A stretch of 40,124 bases of DNA from an uncultured Chitinophagaceae bacterium (GTDB taxonomy: Bacteria; Bacteroidota; Bacteroidia; Chitinophagales; LD1), in the NCBI GenBank assembly GCA_964605875.1, contig CAZSEG010000001.1, positions 28,465-68,588 on the forward strand, given 5' to 3'. Under the pieces are notes generated by a model, which saw only the letters and a program-made list of their open reading frames with translations, was not told the DNA's origin and made no database searches. The translations under genes were made by a program, and so were the position numbers. Shown piece by piece: positions 1-10,104 of the stretch (position 1 is the first letter of the stretch; every line of letters starts with the position of its first letter).

Positions 1-1
1 T

Positions 2-943
2 TCGCTTTTTGGCGGAACGCATTTGTTGCTCGATGAAGTGCATAAATATCCCGACTGGTCGAGAGAGATAAAACTGATTTACGACAATTTTCCTGACCTC
101 AACGTTATTTTTACTTCGTCTTCAATGCTCGAAATCTATAAATCCGAATCGGATTTGAGCCGAAGAGCCGTTTCCTACGATTTGAAAGAATTGTCGTTTA
201 GGGAATTTCTTGTTTTTGAAACAAAAAAATCGTTTTCGGCTTATCCGTTTTCGGAAATTCTGGAAAATCACAATGCCATTTCAACCGAACTTTTGAAGGA
301 AATAAAATCTTTGCCTTTGTTTGAAAAGTACCTGAAAATCGGGGCTTATCCGTATTACAAAGAAAACGAAAAACGCTACATTCAGAAACTGCGAAATACG
401 ATAAACCTTATTATCGAAATCGACATTAACGCAGTGGAAGATTTGCAGTACGACACGCTCGTAAAACTGAAAAAATTGCTTATTTCGGTGGCTTCGAGTG
501 CTCCGTTTACGCCAAATATTACAAAACTGAGCGAAAAAGTAGGTGTTTCCCGTAATTTATTGGTGCAAAGCATCAAAATTCTGGAACGTGCAGGATTGGT
601 AAACGAACTATACAAAGACAGTTCGGGCATCGGTGTGCTGACCAAACCCGAAAAACTTTACCTGAACAACAGCAATCTGATGTACGCTTTGGCATCTGAA
701 AATACCAATATCGGCAATGTTCGGGAAACGTTTTTTCTGAACCAGTTCAAGGGTTTACACGAAATCAATCTTTCGGAAACGGCTGATTTTGTGATTGATA
801 AAATCTACACTTTTGAAATAGGTGGAAAAAACAAGACCAAAAAACAAATAGCAAAAACAGAAAATGCTTACGTAGCAAAAGACGGTATTGAAATCGGGTT
901 TGGCAATATTATTCCGGTTTGGTTGTTTGGGTTGATGTATTGA
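2..943 (+). CDS. AAA+ ATPase with C-terminal DUF4143-like domain (5' partial, continues upstream of window)
   Basis: The frame is open from the window start. It has a Walker B-like 'LLLDEVH' followed by 'KYPDW', typical of the AAA_14/DUF4143 ATPase family. No start codon is present in the window. Confidence 0.7.
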   Translation, partial: SLFGGTHLLLDEVHKYPDWSREIKLIYDNFPDLNVIFTSSSMLEIYKSESDLSRRAVSYDLKELSFREFLVFETKKSFSAYPFSEILENHNAISTELLKEIKSLPLFEKYLKIGAYPYYKENEKRYIQKLRNTINLIIEIDINAVEDLQYDTLVKLKKLLISVASSAPFTPNITKLSEKVGVSRNLLVQSIKILERAGLVNELYKDSSGIGVLTKPEKLYLNNSNLMYALASENTNIGNVRETFFLNQFKGLHEINLSETADFVIDKIYTFEIGGKNKTKKQIAKTENAYVAKDGIEIGFGNIIPVWLFGLMY

Positions 944-1009
944 ATGAGAAGCTGTAACAATTAAGCAATTGTTTGAAACAATATATCTTCACGCCTTCTA
1001 AAAAATTTC

Positions 1010-2317
1010 ATGCAAAAATATTTTCTGTTCGTTCTCGTTTTCGCGCTGTTCTCCGGTAACATTTCAGCGCAAAAAAATCCGCCAAAACAATTTTTAGTAA
1101 GCAGCACTTTGGTGAAAACGCATACCCAAAAAACTATCGGTGCGCTTTGGAGAAAACACAACATTCCTAAAATTGCGCTGCCCGTGCGCAACGATGTGGA
1201 CATTTACGAAATCATCTACAAAGCCCCCTGGATTGACAGCGTTACATGGATAAACTGCTCGGGAATTTGCTACGTGCCGAAGGGCAACAAAAAAACTGCC
1301 CCCACCATGATGTTCGGGCACGGAACCGAAATCCGCAAGGGGCGCAACATCAGCGATGAGGATTCGCAGCAAGGCATTTGTTTGGGTTTTGCAACAGATG
1401 GTTATCTGGCTTTGTATCCCGATTATTACGGCATCGGCAAGGGCGAGGGAAATCATTTGTATCAACACGCATGGAGCGAAGGAATGTCGTTTGTTTATAT
1501 GCTGAAAGCGGTGGAAGAATTGAAAACGCAATTAGGCGTAAAAACCAACGGACAGTTATTTCTTACGGGCTATTCGCAGGGCGGACACGCTTCGATGGCT
1601 GCGCATAAATATTTGCAGGAAATAAACGACCCGCGCTTTCGGGTTACGGCTTCATCGCCCATGTCGGGCGCGTATGACATGACGGGCGAGCAAGCAAAAT
1701 ATATGTTTGAAGAATACCCCAAACCTTTCTATTTGCCCTATTTGCTCATTTCGTATCAAGAGGCTTACAGGGTTATCGAAACCGACAATGTGTATTCGAT
1801 TTTTCGCTCGCCTTACGACACTTTGTTACAGGATTTTTTTGGAGAAGTGAGGCTGAAAACTTATGATGATTTGGATAAAATAATGCCGAAAATTCCAAGC
1901 GAGATTGTGCGCGAAGATTTGGTGAAAGAATATGTAAACAATCCGAATTTTCCGTTCAGGTTGCGCTTGAAAGAAAACAATCTGACAGATTGGAAACCCG
2001 AAGCACCCATACAACTTTGCTATTGCAAAGGCGACCGCGAAGTGAACTACAAAAATTCGGAAGTGGCTTACAATAATATGAAGGCTTTGGGCGCGGAAAA
2101 TGTTGTGCTTAAAAATCACAGCGATGCCTTAGACCATAACACCTGCGCGGCTTTCGCGGTGTTGGCTACCAAACATTTTTTCGACAGGTTTAAAAAGAAA
2201 GGCGAAAATCCGAAGCTGAAAGATGTGCCCGCTTCGTTGCAGACTTTTGTAAATATGATTAAGAAAAAAGAGGAGAAAAAATATTTAGAAAGCGGCAAGG
2301 ACGAGTCTTATCATTAG
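1010..2317 (+). CDS. secreted alpha/beta hydrolase (lipase/esterase-like)
   Basis: N-terminal signal peptide (MQKYFLFVLVFALFSGNISAQ). Nucleophile elbow GYSQGG (GxSxG). Confidence 0.7.
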   Translation: MQKYFLFVLVFALFSGNISAQKNPPKQFLVSSTLVKTHTQKTIGALWRKHNIPKIALPVRNDVDIYEIIYKAPWIDSVTWINCSGICYVPKGNKKTAPTMMFGHGTEIRKGRNISDEDSQQGICLGFATDGYLALYPDYYGIGKGEGNHLYQHAWSEGMSFVYMLKAVEELKTQLGVKTNGQLFLTGYSQGGHASMAAHKYLQEINDPRFRVTASSPMSGAYDMTGEQAKYMFEEYPKPFYLPYLLISYQEAYRVIETDNVYSIFRSPYDTLLQDFFGEVRLKTYDDLDKIMPKIPSEIVREDLVKEYVNNPNFPFRLRLKENNLTDWKPEAPIQLCYCKGDREVNYKNSEVAYNNMKALGAENVVLKNHSDALDHNTCAAFAVLATKHFFDRFKKKGENPKLKDVPASLQTFVNMIKKKEEKKYLESGKDESYH

Positions 2318-2330
2318 GCTGAAAAGAAAA

Positions 2331-3143
2331 TTATTTTTTCTTTTTAATCCTCACCGAAGCCTCTTCGGTTTTCACCGATTTTTGCAAGGTATTGTTCATC
2401 GCTTCGGCTTCGGCATGAGAGAGATAACGCCATTTTCCTGCGGGCAGATTTCCGAGCGTGATGTGCATGATGCGAATGCGTTTGAGGCTTATTACTTCAT
2501 AATTTAAAAATTCGCACATTCTTCTTATCTGGCGGTTCAAGCCTTCGGTAAGCACAATTTTAAAAGTTTTAGAACCAATTTGCCGAACCGTGCAGGGCTT
2601 TGTTTTTGTGCCTAAAATCGGGATGCCTCTTGACATTTGTTGCGCAAATTCGGGCGAGAGCGGTTTGTTTACCGACACGATATATTCCTTTTCATGTTCA
2701 TTACCTGCACGTAAAATTTTGTTCACAATATCACCATCGTTCGTGAGCAAAATCAGCCCTTCCGAATCTTTATCCAACCTGCCGATGGGGAAAATTCTTT
2801 TGGGGTGATTGATGTAAAAAATGATGTTGCTTTTGTCGCTGGTGTCGGTGGTGGAAGTGATGCCTTTGGGTTTGTTGAAAGCAAGGTACAAGCTCTGTTT
2901 GCCCGCTTTCAGTTTGATGATTTCGCCATCCACCGCCACTTCATCGCCCGCTTGCACGCGCTGCGTAAGTTCGGCAATTTCATCATTGATGGTTACGCGC
3001 CCTTCTTCGATATAAAGTTCGGCTTGCCTGCGCGAACAAAAACCCGATGAACTGATGTATTTATTGAGTTGAATACCGTCTTTGTTTTGCGCGGGTTTTG
3101 CCTTTGATGCAACAGTGTTGCGGTTCGGTTTTTTATTCCTCAT
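2331..3143 (-). CDS. rluF: 23S rRNA pseudouridine synthase, RsuA/RluF family
   Basis: S4 RNA-binding N-terminal region (LNKYISSSGFCSRRQAE). Catalytic motif GRLDKDSEGLILLTNDG. Lys-rich tails at both ends. Confidence 0.85.
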   Translation of the reverse strand: MRNKKPNRNTVASKAKPAQNKDGIQLNKYISSSGFCSRRQAELYIEEGRVTINDEIAELTQRVQAGDEVAVDGEIIKLKAGKQSLYLAFNKPKGITSTTDTSDKSNIIFYINHPKRIFPIGRLDKDSEGLILLTNDGDIVNKILRAGNEHEKEYIVSVNKPLSPEFAQQMSRGIPILGTKTKPCTVRQIGSKTFKIVLTEGLNRQIRRMCEFLNYEVISLKRIRIMHITLGNLPAGKWRYLSHAEAEAMNNTLQKSVKTEEASVRIKKKK

Positions 3144-3687
3144 AGTTCTTCGGGTCGTTCACGAAAATGGAAAAAATGGTAGTGCCGTATTGACGTTTTT
3201 TCCAAAAATGAGGATGGTCTTCAAAGCCGTATTTCGGATTGTGTTCCAAAATAAACCAACCCTCGCCTTCCACTAATTGATGCTCAAAAACAACATCGGG
3301 CAAAGTGGCAAGATTCGGCAGCGGATAAGGCGGACCTGCAAAAATCACATCAAACTTTTGCCGCGAAGTTTCGATAAACGAAAACACATCCATCTGCAAA
3401 ATTTTGTGTCCTTCAAACTTTAAATGGTCGGATGTTTTTTTGATGAAGTCCACGCATTTTTTGTGTAGCTCAACGCTCGTAATATCGGTGCAGCCGCGTG
3501 AGGCAAACTCATAGCTGATTGCGCCCGTTCCCGCAAACAAATCCAACATTTTGATGTTATCAAAATTGAAATAATTATTGATGACATTGAACAATGCCTC
3601 TTTCGCAAAATCGGTGGTGGGGCGCGTTGGGTCAAAGTGCGGCTGGTTCAGCCTGTAGCCTTTATGTTTTCCGCTGATGATTCTCAT
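3133..3687 (-). CDS. rsmD: 16S rRNA (guanine966-N2)-methyltransferase RsmD
   Basis: Motifs MRIISGKHKG, DLFAGTGAISYEFASRG (SAM motif I) and FAGPPY (motif IV). I place the start at the ATG at 3687 (MRIISG) rather than the ORF-track start at 3732. The 3' end overlaps the rluF start by 11 nt. Confidence 0.85.
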   Translation of the reverse strand: MRIISGKHKGYRLNQPHFDPTRPTTDFAKEALFNVINNYFNFDNIKMLDLFAGTGAISYEFASRGCTDITSVELHKKCVDFIKKTSDHLKFEGHKILQMDVFSFIETSRQKFDVIFAGPPYPLPNLATLPDVVFEHQLVEGEGWFILEHNPKYGFEDHPHFWKKRQYGTTIFSIFVNDPKNYEE

Positions 3688-3798
3688 GCCGGCAATACTA
3701 CTAAAACTGCGCGGGTGCGCAGAAAAAATCAATCCTTCACAACCCGCACAACGCTTGATGTTTACGCTAATGAAATAAAAGTACAGATGAAGTTTTAG

Positions 3799-4257
3799 TT
3801 ACAACTCATCAGCCGCAAGTAACACTTCTTTTACCACCGCTTCTGAAATCCGCAATCCGAATGTTTTCAGTTTATCCAATAAAGGACGAACTTCCGGAAT
3901 TACTCTTTGCTTTTTTGCTTTCAATAAAACTCCTAATGTGCCTGTAAATTTCAAATGATTTTCGAGCGCGTAAATTCGCGCTGACAAATCATCCAACAGC
4001 AAATCGCAATCGGCAATTTCCAAAGCTAAAGCAATTGCAGTCGCCTCGCCTGCATCCATTTTCGATTCCAATTCTTTTACTTTTGATTTATCCGCAGGGT
4101 CGCGCACAACAATCCATTCGGGCAGAGGCAAGCCATATTCTTTTGCTATGACAGATGTTACATAAACAGTTTGATAAGACTCCGCTATGAAATCAAGCAA
4201 ATCAATTTTGCCGATAAAAATCAAGCAACTTGTATCAGAAATTACCGTTGCTGACAT
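3799..4257 (-). CDS. DUF3368-type PIN-like toxin (type II TA)
   Basis: About 150 aa with a VISDTSCLIFIGKIDLL N-terminus and acidic residues typical of DUF3368/PIN-like proteins. It overlaps the upstream small UPF0175 gene. Confidence 0.6.
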   Translation of the reverse strand: MSATVISDTSCLIFIGKIDLLDFIAESYQTVYVTSVIAKEYGLPLPEWIVVRDPADKSKVKELESKMDAGEATAIALALEIADCDLLLDDLSARIYALENHLKFTGTLGVLLKAKKQRVIPEVRPLLDKLKTFGLRISEAVVKEVLLAADEL

Positions 4258-4483
4258 TGGTTAAATCCTGTTTTACTTCTTCGACAGTGAGATTTAAAAA
4301 AGAGTAACCGTATTTACCAAGACTTTCCAAAAACTCGCGCTTTGATATGTGTGCCATTTCAGCCGCAGCACCCGCAGAAATAATTCTTTCTGAAAACAGC
4401 TTTCCCGCTATTATCATAGTCAAATCCTTTTCAGAAAGATGAACGCTTTCAGGCAAATCAACCGTTACGGTAGTAGTCTTCAT
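4235..4483 (-). CDS. UPF0175-family antitoxin
   Basis: An 82-aa protein with the 'LF..g.iS.G.AAE.a..S..EFl..L' pattern characteristic of UPF0175. It sits immediately upstream of the DUF3368 gene and overlaps it. Confidence 0.6.
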   Translation of the reverse strand: MKTTTVTVDLPESVHLSEKDLTMIIAGKLFSERIISAGAAAEMAHISKREFLESLGKYGYSFLNLTVEEVKQDLTNVSNGNF

Positions 4484-4537
4484 ACCGCGAATTTAAGAAA
4501 GAATCGGGCAATATTCTTATTGAAGTTAATTATAGTT

Positions 4538-6181
4538 CTATTCCTTCAACAGCTTCATGGTTTGTGAAAACCCGTCAGCTACAACCGTAAGGAAATAAAT
4601 TCCGTTTGAAAGCGCACTTACATCAATGCTTGTGTTTGTGGGCTTCATATAACCGCTCAATGTTTCCCTGCCGTGAATATCCGTGAGGCGATAAGCTGCA
4701 TTGTCAAAAGGTTGTGTGATGTTAATGTTGATTGCGCTATGGCTTGGATTGGGATAAACTTTAATGCTGTTGTTAAAACCTGTCAAGCCTTCAATATCGG
4801 TTGATGAATCGTTGTTGTAGCGGGCAACGGCTGTTTCTGAGGAGAAAAGAGAGATGGGAATCCCTGCGGATGCAAGTATTTTGTTTCCATGAAAATCAAT
4901 ATCAACAAATAAAGAATATCCCGAGTTGTCCGCTCCCACATCTGTTCTTACGATGCCTCCTGTTCCGAAATTATTATCCAATGTTCCATCATTATTTAAT
5001 CTTACTAAAGTCAGGTTTTTTGAATTAAGAACATTCTCTTTAGAAGAAGCTCCTAATATTATTTTCCCGTCATCCTGTATCTTCATGCTTGTCAATGTGC
5101 TTTCGCCATTTGGCGCAACGTTTATCATTACTGCTCCGTTTGTGCCGAATGTGCTGTCGGGTGTAATTAACGCACCAATTAAATGAAACTTGGCAACAAA
5201 AAACCTGTTTACTCCGCCAGACGTTTTATTATTTCCCGCCAGAAAAATTTGATTGTTTTTGATTGCTAACAAAGCATCATTTTCGTAGAAAGTAGAGGAG
5301 GAATAAAGATGTTGAGGTAAATCCTCATTATTATGAAGATAGCTTAATTGCCCTCTTGATAAACCCTTTTCATTCGTTGCCCGTAACAGTGTTTCAATAC
5401 TGTCAAATGGATAATCATAGTCTATAACATCTTTAGAAACAAATATCTGTATGCTGTCATTCAGCCTGCTTATGTCTTCAATGTGTATGCGCATTGGAAA
5501 TGACAAACCATCTAAGAACTCAAAAACAGTATCCACCACACCACTGCTTGTTATTTTAAAGAATAAAGATTCATCGCAATCATGGTAGTAAAACGAAATC
5601 GCACAGGTGTTCGCTCTATTTGCAACGAGAAAAACATCCCCATTTTTATCAATGGTTATGTTTCCTCCGCGCAGGTTAGTGTCTGTGCCGAGTATGCTTG
5701 CAAATGCAGGCTTATCAACTTCAAATTTACCGCCTGTTCCAAAGCTGTTATCCAAATCGCCATTTTCATTAAACTTTGATATAAAGCAATTTTTCGATAA
5801 CCCGGAGTAGTTGCCGGAAACCAAAATTTTGTTGTCATCAAGCACTATTAAATCTTTAATATTATAACTTACATCATCATCTTCCTGAAACACAACCGTA
5901 CTTATTCCTCCGCTTCCAAATAAGTTATCAATGCTTCCACTTTGATTAACCCTGACAATCTCTAATTTCCATTTCCCTTGATACATTCTTTGCCCTGCAA
6001 GAATTATCTTACCGTCTGATTGCGTTGCAATTTTGTAATCGCCAAAGCCGCCACCGGCAAAAGTCATTTTCCCACCCGTGCCGAAAGTATTATCCAGTGC
6101 GCCTGCCTGCGCAAAAATCAGGGTTGCCGAAAGCAGCATCAACAACAAGAAAACTGTTTTTTGAAGCGTGTGTTTTTTCAT
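4538..6181 (-). CDS. secreted delta-60 repeat protein with T9SS C-terminal sorting domain
   Basis: At least five 'LDN.FG.GG' repeats (ALDNTFGTGGK, IDNLFGSGGI, LDNSFGTGGK, PDSTFGTNGA, LDNNFGTGGI). The C-terminal 'VYPNPSHSAININ...IYFLTV' is a Por/T9SS tail. Start set at the ATG at 6181 (MKKHTL..., signal peptide). Confidence 0.8.
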   Translation of the reverse strand: MKKHTLQKTVFLLLMLLSATLIFAQAGALDNTFGTGGKMTFAGGGFGDYKIATQSDGKIILAGQRMYQGKWKLEIVRVNQSGSIDNLFGSGGISTVVFQEDDDVSYNIKDLIVLDDNKILVSGNYSGLSKNCFISKFNENGDLDNSFGTGGKFEVDKPAFASILGTDTNLRGGNITIDKNGDVFLVANRANTCAISFYYHDCDESLFFKITSSGVVDTVFEFLDGLSFPMRIHIEDISRLNDSIQIFVSKDVIDYDYPFDSIETLLRATNEKGLSRGQLSYLHNNEDLPQHLYSSSTFYENDALLAIKNNQIFLAGNNKTSGGVNRFFVAKFHLIGALITPDSTFGTNGAVMINVAPNGESTLTSMKIQDDGKIILGASSKENVLNSKNLTLVRLNNDGTLDNNFGTGGIVRTDVGADNSGYSLFVDIDFHGNKILASAGIPISLFSSETAVARYNNDSSTDIEGLTGFNNSIKVYPNPSHSAININITQPFDNAAYRLTDIHGRETLSGYMKPTNTSIDVSALSNGIYFLTVVADGFSQTMKLLKE

Positions 6182-6252
6182 ACAAATAATTTTCGGCAAA
6201 CATATTTTTGGAGGGTTGCAATCAATAGCTACTTTAGCGGTAAAATATTGCT

Positions 6253-6654
6253 ATGGGGAATAATTTATACGAAGAGTCAAGAACCGCCATTGGTTTAAAA
6301 ATCAAGAACCTGCGGGAGCTGCGCAATTTCACTCAGCAATATATGGCGGAGCAGCTCAACATGAAACAATCGGGTTATTCCAAAATAGAAAAAGGGGAAA
6401 CAGACATCGCTTTTTCAAAATTACAGGACATAGCAGGTGTCCTGGAAGTAGAAGTAGCGGATATTGTTTCGTTCGATAATCAAAAGTTTTTTCAAAGTTT
6501 CAACAACATAAAAGGAAATGGTAGCGGCTATATTATTCAGTCCGATAAAATTTCAAAGCTGTATGAAGATAAAATTGCGTTGATGGAAAAAGTGCTTGCC
6601 AATGTGGAGCAGCAGCTTAATCAATACAAAGACAGGTTTGGGGATATTGTTTGA
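6253..6654 (+). CDS. XRE-family helix-turn-helix transcriptional regulator
   Basis: HTH_3 pattern 'IKNLRELRNFTQQYMAEQLNMKQSGYSKIEKGETDIAFSKLQDIAGVLEV'. Confidence 0.8.
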   Translation: MGNNLYEESRTAIGLKIKNLRELRNFTQQYMAEQLNMKQSGYSKIEKGETDIAFSKLQDIAGVLEVEVADIVSFDNQKFFQSFNNIKGNGSGYIIQSDKISKLYEDKIALMEKVLANVEQQLNQYKDRFGDIV

Positions 6655-6663
6655 AAAGAAAAG

Positions 6664-7470
6664 TCAGCGACTTACTGCCAACGCATACAATGTAAAATGA
6701 ATGTGCGCAGGAATTTCCGCCAATGCTTTTGAGTAGTGTCTGCCCGTGTCGGGTTTCAAAAAAAGTATGTTGCTGAAATAGCGGTAACACACATCGTAAA
6801 TCTTCGATTGTTGCGTAATTTTTCCGCAAAGCACCAAAGGAATTTTTTCGCGGTCGATTTTCAGTTCATCGCACACTAATAAAAAATAGTAGAGAAAATC
6901 TTCGGCTGTTTGGTATTCAAAGCGATTGAAGAGTTGCAGCTTGCCCGGCTTTTCTATAGCGGCAATGGTGAGGTTGTCGGGTGCAACCAGCGTATAAATT
7001 CCCGCAGGTAAATTCAATACTTGTTGAAGAAAAACAGTGTGTACATCAGTGATAAAAGCATTGCCGAAATGTCGCCTTGCGGTTTCGTGCAGCAAAGTAT
7101 TTTCGCTTACCGAAAGAATGCTGTCGCCAAGCTGCCTGATGTTTTGCGCATCGCCCGTGTGTGCTTCAAAACCCTTTGGCAGCAAATCAGGAAATACATC
7201 TGTGGCAACAGTAACGGTCGAAAAATTTCCTTTGAAAGCATCTTGTGTTTGCAGCAGATTCTCCAGCGCATTGGGTTTTTGAGCCTCCTGCAATGGCTTA
7301 GAGAAGTTGAATTCCGTAAGCGATAAAAATTGTTTGAAAGCCGTAAGCTCGGCAACTGCATGGATATGATGCTTGGTAATTTCAATATGCAGGGCAAGGT
7401 CTGTCGGGTCTGTGCCTTGCGGCACAGCACCATTTACTACTTTATGAAATGAAGGCATCACGGCAATCAC
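6664..7470 (-). CDS. conserved Bacteroidota hypothetical protein (DUF3822-like)
   Basis: The C-terminal segment 'LFNRFEYQTAEDFLYYFLLVCDELKIDREKIPLVLCGKI' matches my recollection of DUF3822 proteins. An alternative ATG start is at 7458. Confidence 0.5.
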   Translation of the reverse strand: MIAVMPSFHKVVNGAVPQGTDPTDLALHIEITKHHIHAVAELTAFKQFLSLTEFNFSKPLQEAQKPNALENLLQTQDAFKGNFSTVTVATDVFPDLLPKGFEAHTGDAQNIRQLGDSILSVSENTLLHETARRHFGNAFITDVHTVFLQQVLNLPAGIYTLVAPDNLTIAAIEKPGKLQLFNRFEYQTAEDFLYYFLLVCDELKIDREKIPLVLCGKITQQSKIYDVCYRYFSNILFLKPDTGRHYSKALAEIPAHIHFTLYALAVSR

Positions 7471-7501
7471 AGCGCAAACCTAACAAATTGTAGCGGGAGG
7501 T

Positions 7502-8191
7502 CTAAAACCCAAACCTCAGATAGTTGATAGTTCTGCCTTTGGCAAGGTGTTGCTTTTCGTAAAACGTTTGAATGCTCAGGTCTTCAAAATCTAAATCGGC
7601 AGCGTAGATATTTTCTTTATAGTAAAGCACCTTACAGCCAAATTCTTCCACCGATTGTTTTGAAAAACGCGCAAGGTCAAGGTCATCGGTTTTTAAATGC
7701 ACAAAACCTGCGGGTTGAAGCAACTGCCTGTATTTTTCCAAAAATGTTTTGAAAGTAAGGCGATGCTTTTCGTGGCTGTCTTTCGGAAAAGGGTCGGGGA
7801 AGGTTATCCATATTTCGGCTGCCTCGCCTGCTTCAAAAAAGTGAAGAATGTTTTCGATTTTGAACCGCGTAAACGCAACGTTGGTGATGTTGTTTTCCAA
7901 AGCGCGTTTTGCGCCATCGTGTATGCGCGGACCTTTAATGTCCACACCAATAAAATTGTGGTCGGGATATTTTTTTGCCAATGCAATAGTGTAATCGCCT
8001 TTTCCGCAGGCTAACTCCAACACCAAAGGATGATTGTTTTTAAAAAAATCGCTGCTCCATTTACCTTTAAAACTAACTTCTTCGTTCAGGTTGTTTTGAA
8101 GAATCGGCTTTTTAAACTCGAAACATTGAAACACATTGGGGAAGGTATTTACCTCTGCAATTTTCTTGCGCTTTGCTTTTCTGCCGCTCAT
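7502..8191 (-). CDS. trmB: tRNA (guanine46-N7)-methyltransferase TrmB
   Basis: 'LELACGKGDYTIALAKKYPDHNFIGVDIKG' SAM motif and 'FPDPFPK'. Start chosen at the ATG at 8191 (MSGRKAKRKKIAEV); the ORF-track start at 8236 is a GTG further upstream. Confidence 0.85.
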   Translation of the reverse strand: MSGRKAKRKKIAEVNTFPNVFQCFEFKKPILQNNLNEEVSFKGKWSSDFFKNNHPLVLELACGKGDYTIALAKKYPDHNFIGVDIKGPRIHDGAKRALENNITNVAFTRFKIENILHFFEAGEAAEIWITFPDPFPKDSHEKHRLTFKTFLEKYRQLLQPAGFVHLKTDDLDLARFSKQSVEEFGCKVLYYKENIYAADLDFEDLSIQTFYEKQHLAKGRTINYLRFGF

Positions 8192-8323
8192 GGGGCGCGA
8201 AAATAAATTGTTTTCAAACAGTTGAGTACATGCCACGAATGCACGAATATTAAATCCCGAACAGCTTCTTTAGGATTGCATTAATCATCATGTATGATTC
8301 GTACATTCGTGGCATAAATTATT

Positions 8324-9082
8324 ATGTTAGTGGCAATTATGACGAGACGTAACAGCATACTAATACTTTTTAGCTTTTTGACACATTTGACAACTTTTGC
8401 TCAATGTATAGACAAGGCGAAAATTACGTATGGCGGTGATTGGGGATTTGTAGACTTTATTCATCTTTGTCCGACATACAATTTTGCTTTTGACGGTGAC
8501 ACATCGAAAAACTGGAATGTATTAACCGACCATATTGACATCAAACAAGCACCATCTGAAGTTTTATTATTTAAGCAGAGAGTAGAAAAGAAAATAGTTG
8601 AATATTCTGGTGCTAATTTTTTTTCAAAAATACGGTTCAATTCGGTGGCAGTTGTTTACGCTGACAAACTGGATGGTGGGCGGCAAAACGTAACTTTGAA
8701 ATACTGTAAAGCGAAATATTTTTTTTATTACAAGTTTAGAATTGACACCTTTTCTACATATCACATAGGTATTGCATTGGACAAAAAAGGAGAAATTATT
8801 AGCAAGTTCAATTTCCCTTCAAAAACTAATTATTCTCCAATTGACGAAAAATTTGACTACTGCAAGTTAATTGATATTGCAAGAAAATCACAACCTAAAA
8901 TTGACCCAATCAAAGACATTAAACTTGAATTTGACAAAGAGACAAATCGGTTTTATTGGCTTTTGACACAGGAAATAGTTAATAAAAAAGAAGGAATTAA
9001 CTACTTTAACCAAGTTCAAATTGACGCATCTGATTTAAACATCACTAAAAATATAACAGGAAGTGTATATACCCTATATTGA
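8324..9082 (+). CDS. hypothetical secreted protein
   Basis: Signal-peptide-like N-terminus (ILILFSFLTHLTTFAQC). No recognisable domain. AT-rich coding sequence. Confidence 0.5.
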   Translation: MLVAIMTRRNSILILFSFLTHLTTFAQCIDKAKITYGGDWGFVDFIHLCPTYNFAFDGDTSKNWNVLTDHIDIKQAPSEVLLFKQRVEKKIVEYSGANFFSKIRFNSVAVVYADKLDGGRQNVTLKYCKAKYFFYYKFRIDTFSTYHIGIALDKKGEIISKFNFPSKTNYSPIDEKFDYCKLIDIARKSQPKIDPIKDIKLEFDKETNRFYWLLTQEIVNKKEGINYFNQVQIDASDLNITKNITGSVYTLY

Positions 9083-9211
9083 CAGAATAACAGCCGCTAA
9101 CAAGGGTGGCTGTTGCACAACTAAGCAACCCAAAACCATCACAGATAAAAGATGGTTTTAAGCCCTTGAGAAAGAAATTTGAAAAATTGAATTTTCGAAA
9201 GCTATTCAAAA

Positions 9212-9574
9212 TCACCTTTCCTCATTCCTGATTACCAGCATCAGCCAGTCGTTTTCTATTGGTAAGTAGCCATGCTCATAACAGAAATAGTAGGTTTTTC
9301 CCGCTTTGGTGTGTAATATATTGGTGAGGTAATCGAAGTTGAAACCCTTTTGCAGCAACTTAGATTTGGGCACTTTGGTTTTGCCATCTATGTTTAACTC
9401 TTCCAGTATCCTGCGGTTCTTGCGCAGGATATTGTTCACGTTGCGCACATAGTTATTGTTGTCGCTGTTCAACGAGTTGTTGTAAGCGTTGCGGCACTGG
9501 TCGTCACAGAATTTTTTGTCTGCCCTGCCTTTAACCACTGCGCCACAGGCGAGGCATGTTTTAGCTTCCGTCAT
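9212..9574 (-). CDS. hypothetical zinc-ribbon protein
   Basis: N-terminal CxxC...CxxxC motif (CLACGAVVKGRADKKFCDDQCRNAYNN). 120 aa. Confidence 0.5.
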   Translation of the reverse strand: MTEAKTCLACGAVVKGRADKKFCDDQCRNAYNNSLNSDNNNYVRNVNNILRKNRRILEELNIDGKTKVPKSKLLQKGFNFDYLTNILHTKAGKTYYFCYEHGYLPIENDWLMLVIRNEER

Positions 9575-9741
9575 ATCGAAAATTTGAAAGCGAAAATAAG
9601 ATTTTCCGTTTACAAACGACTACAAGCAGAAACAAAACGACTATAAACGCTTATCATCCGACTAATGGTTTTTGCCCGCCACACCTTTGCAGCATCAAAT
9701 TTTTTAACCGTTCCGCAAAGAGGAACAAAAAACAAAATGTT

Positions 9742-10080
9742 ATGAGCAATTTAAAAAACAGCGTTCGCCTGATGGGCAATTTGGGTGCAGCGCCCGAAGT
9801 GAAAACTATTACTAACGACAAAAAAGTGGCAAAATTCAGCATCGCCACCAACGAAACACACAAAAACGACAAGGGTGAAAAGGTGCAGGAAACCTATTGG
9901 CACAATATTGTTGCATGGGGCAGGCTTGCCGATATTGCCGAAAAGTATCTGCAAAAAGGAAGTGAAATTGCGATTGAAGGCAAATTAACCAACCGCAACT
10001 ATACAGACAAAGAAGGCACCAAGCGTTATGTAACCGAAATTCTTGCCAACGAAATTTTGCTGATGGGCGGCAAAAATTGA
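9742..10080 (+). CDS. ssb: single-stranded DNA-binding protein
   Basis: OB-fold SSB pattern: [15 protein letters not shown]...FSIATNE...[32 protein letters not shown]. Confidence 0.85.
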   Translation: [112 protein letters not shown]

Positions 10081-10104
10081 ATACCAAACACTCGCGTTTT
10101 CTTA

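Noticed and set aside
2318-2345. AAAAGAAAA-TTATT-TTTTCTTTT hairpin between the convergent lipase and rluF genes, as a possible bidirectional terminator.
   Set aside because: The stem is A/T-only and it overlaps the Lys-rich C-terminal codons of rluF. The evidence is too weak to call.
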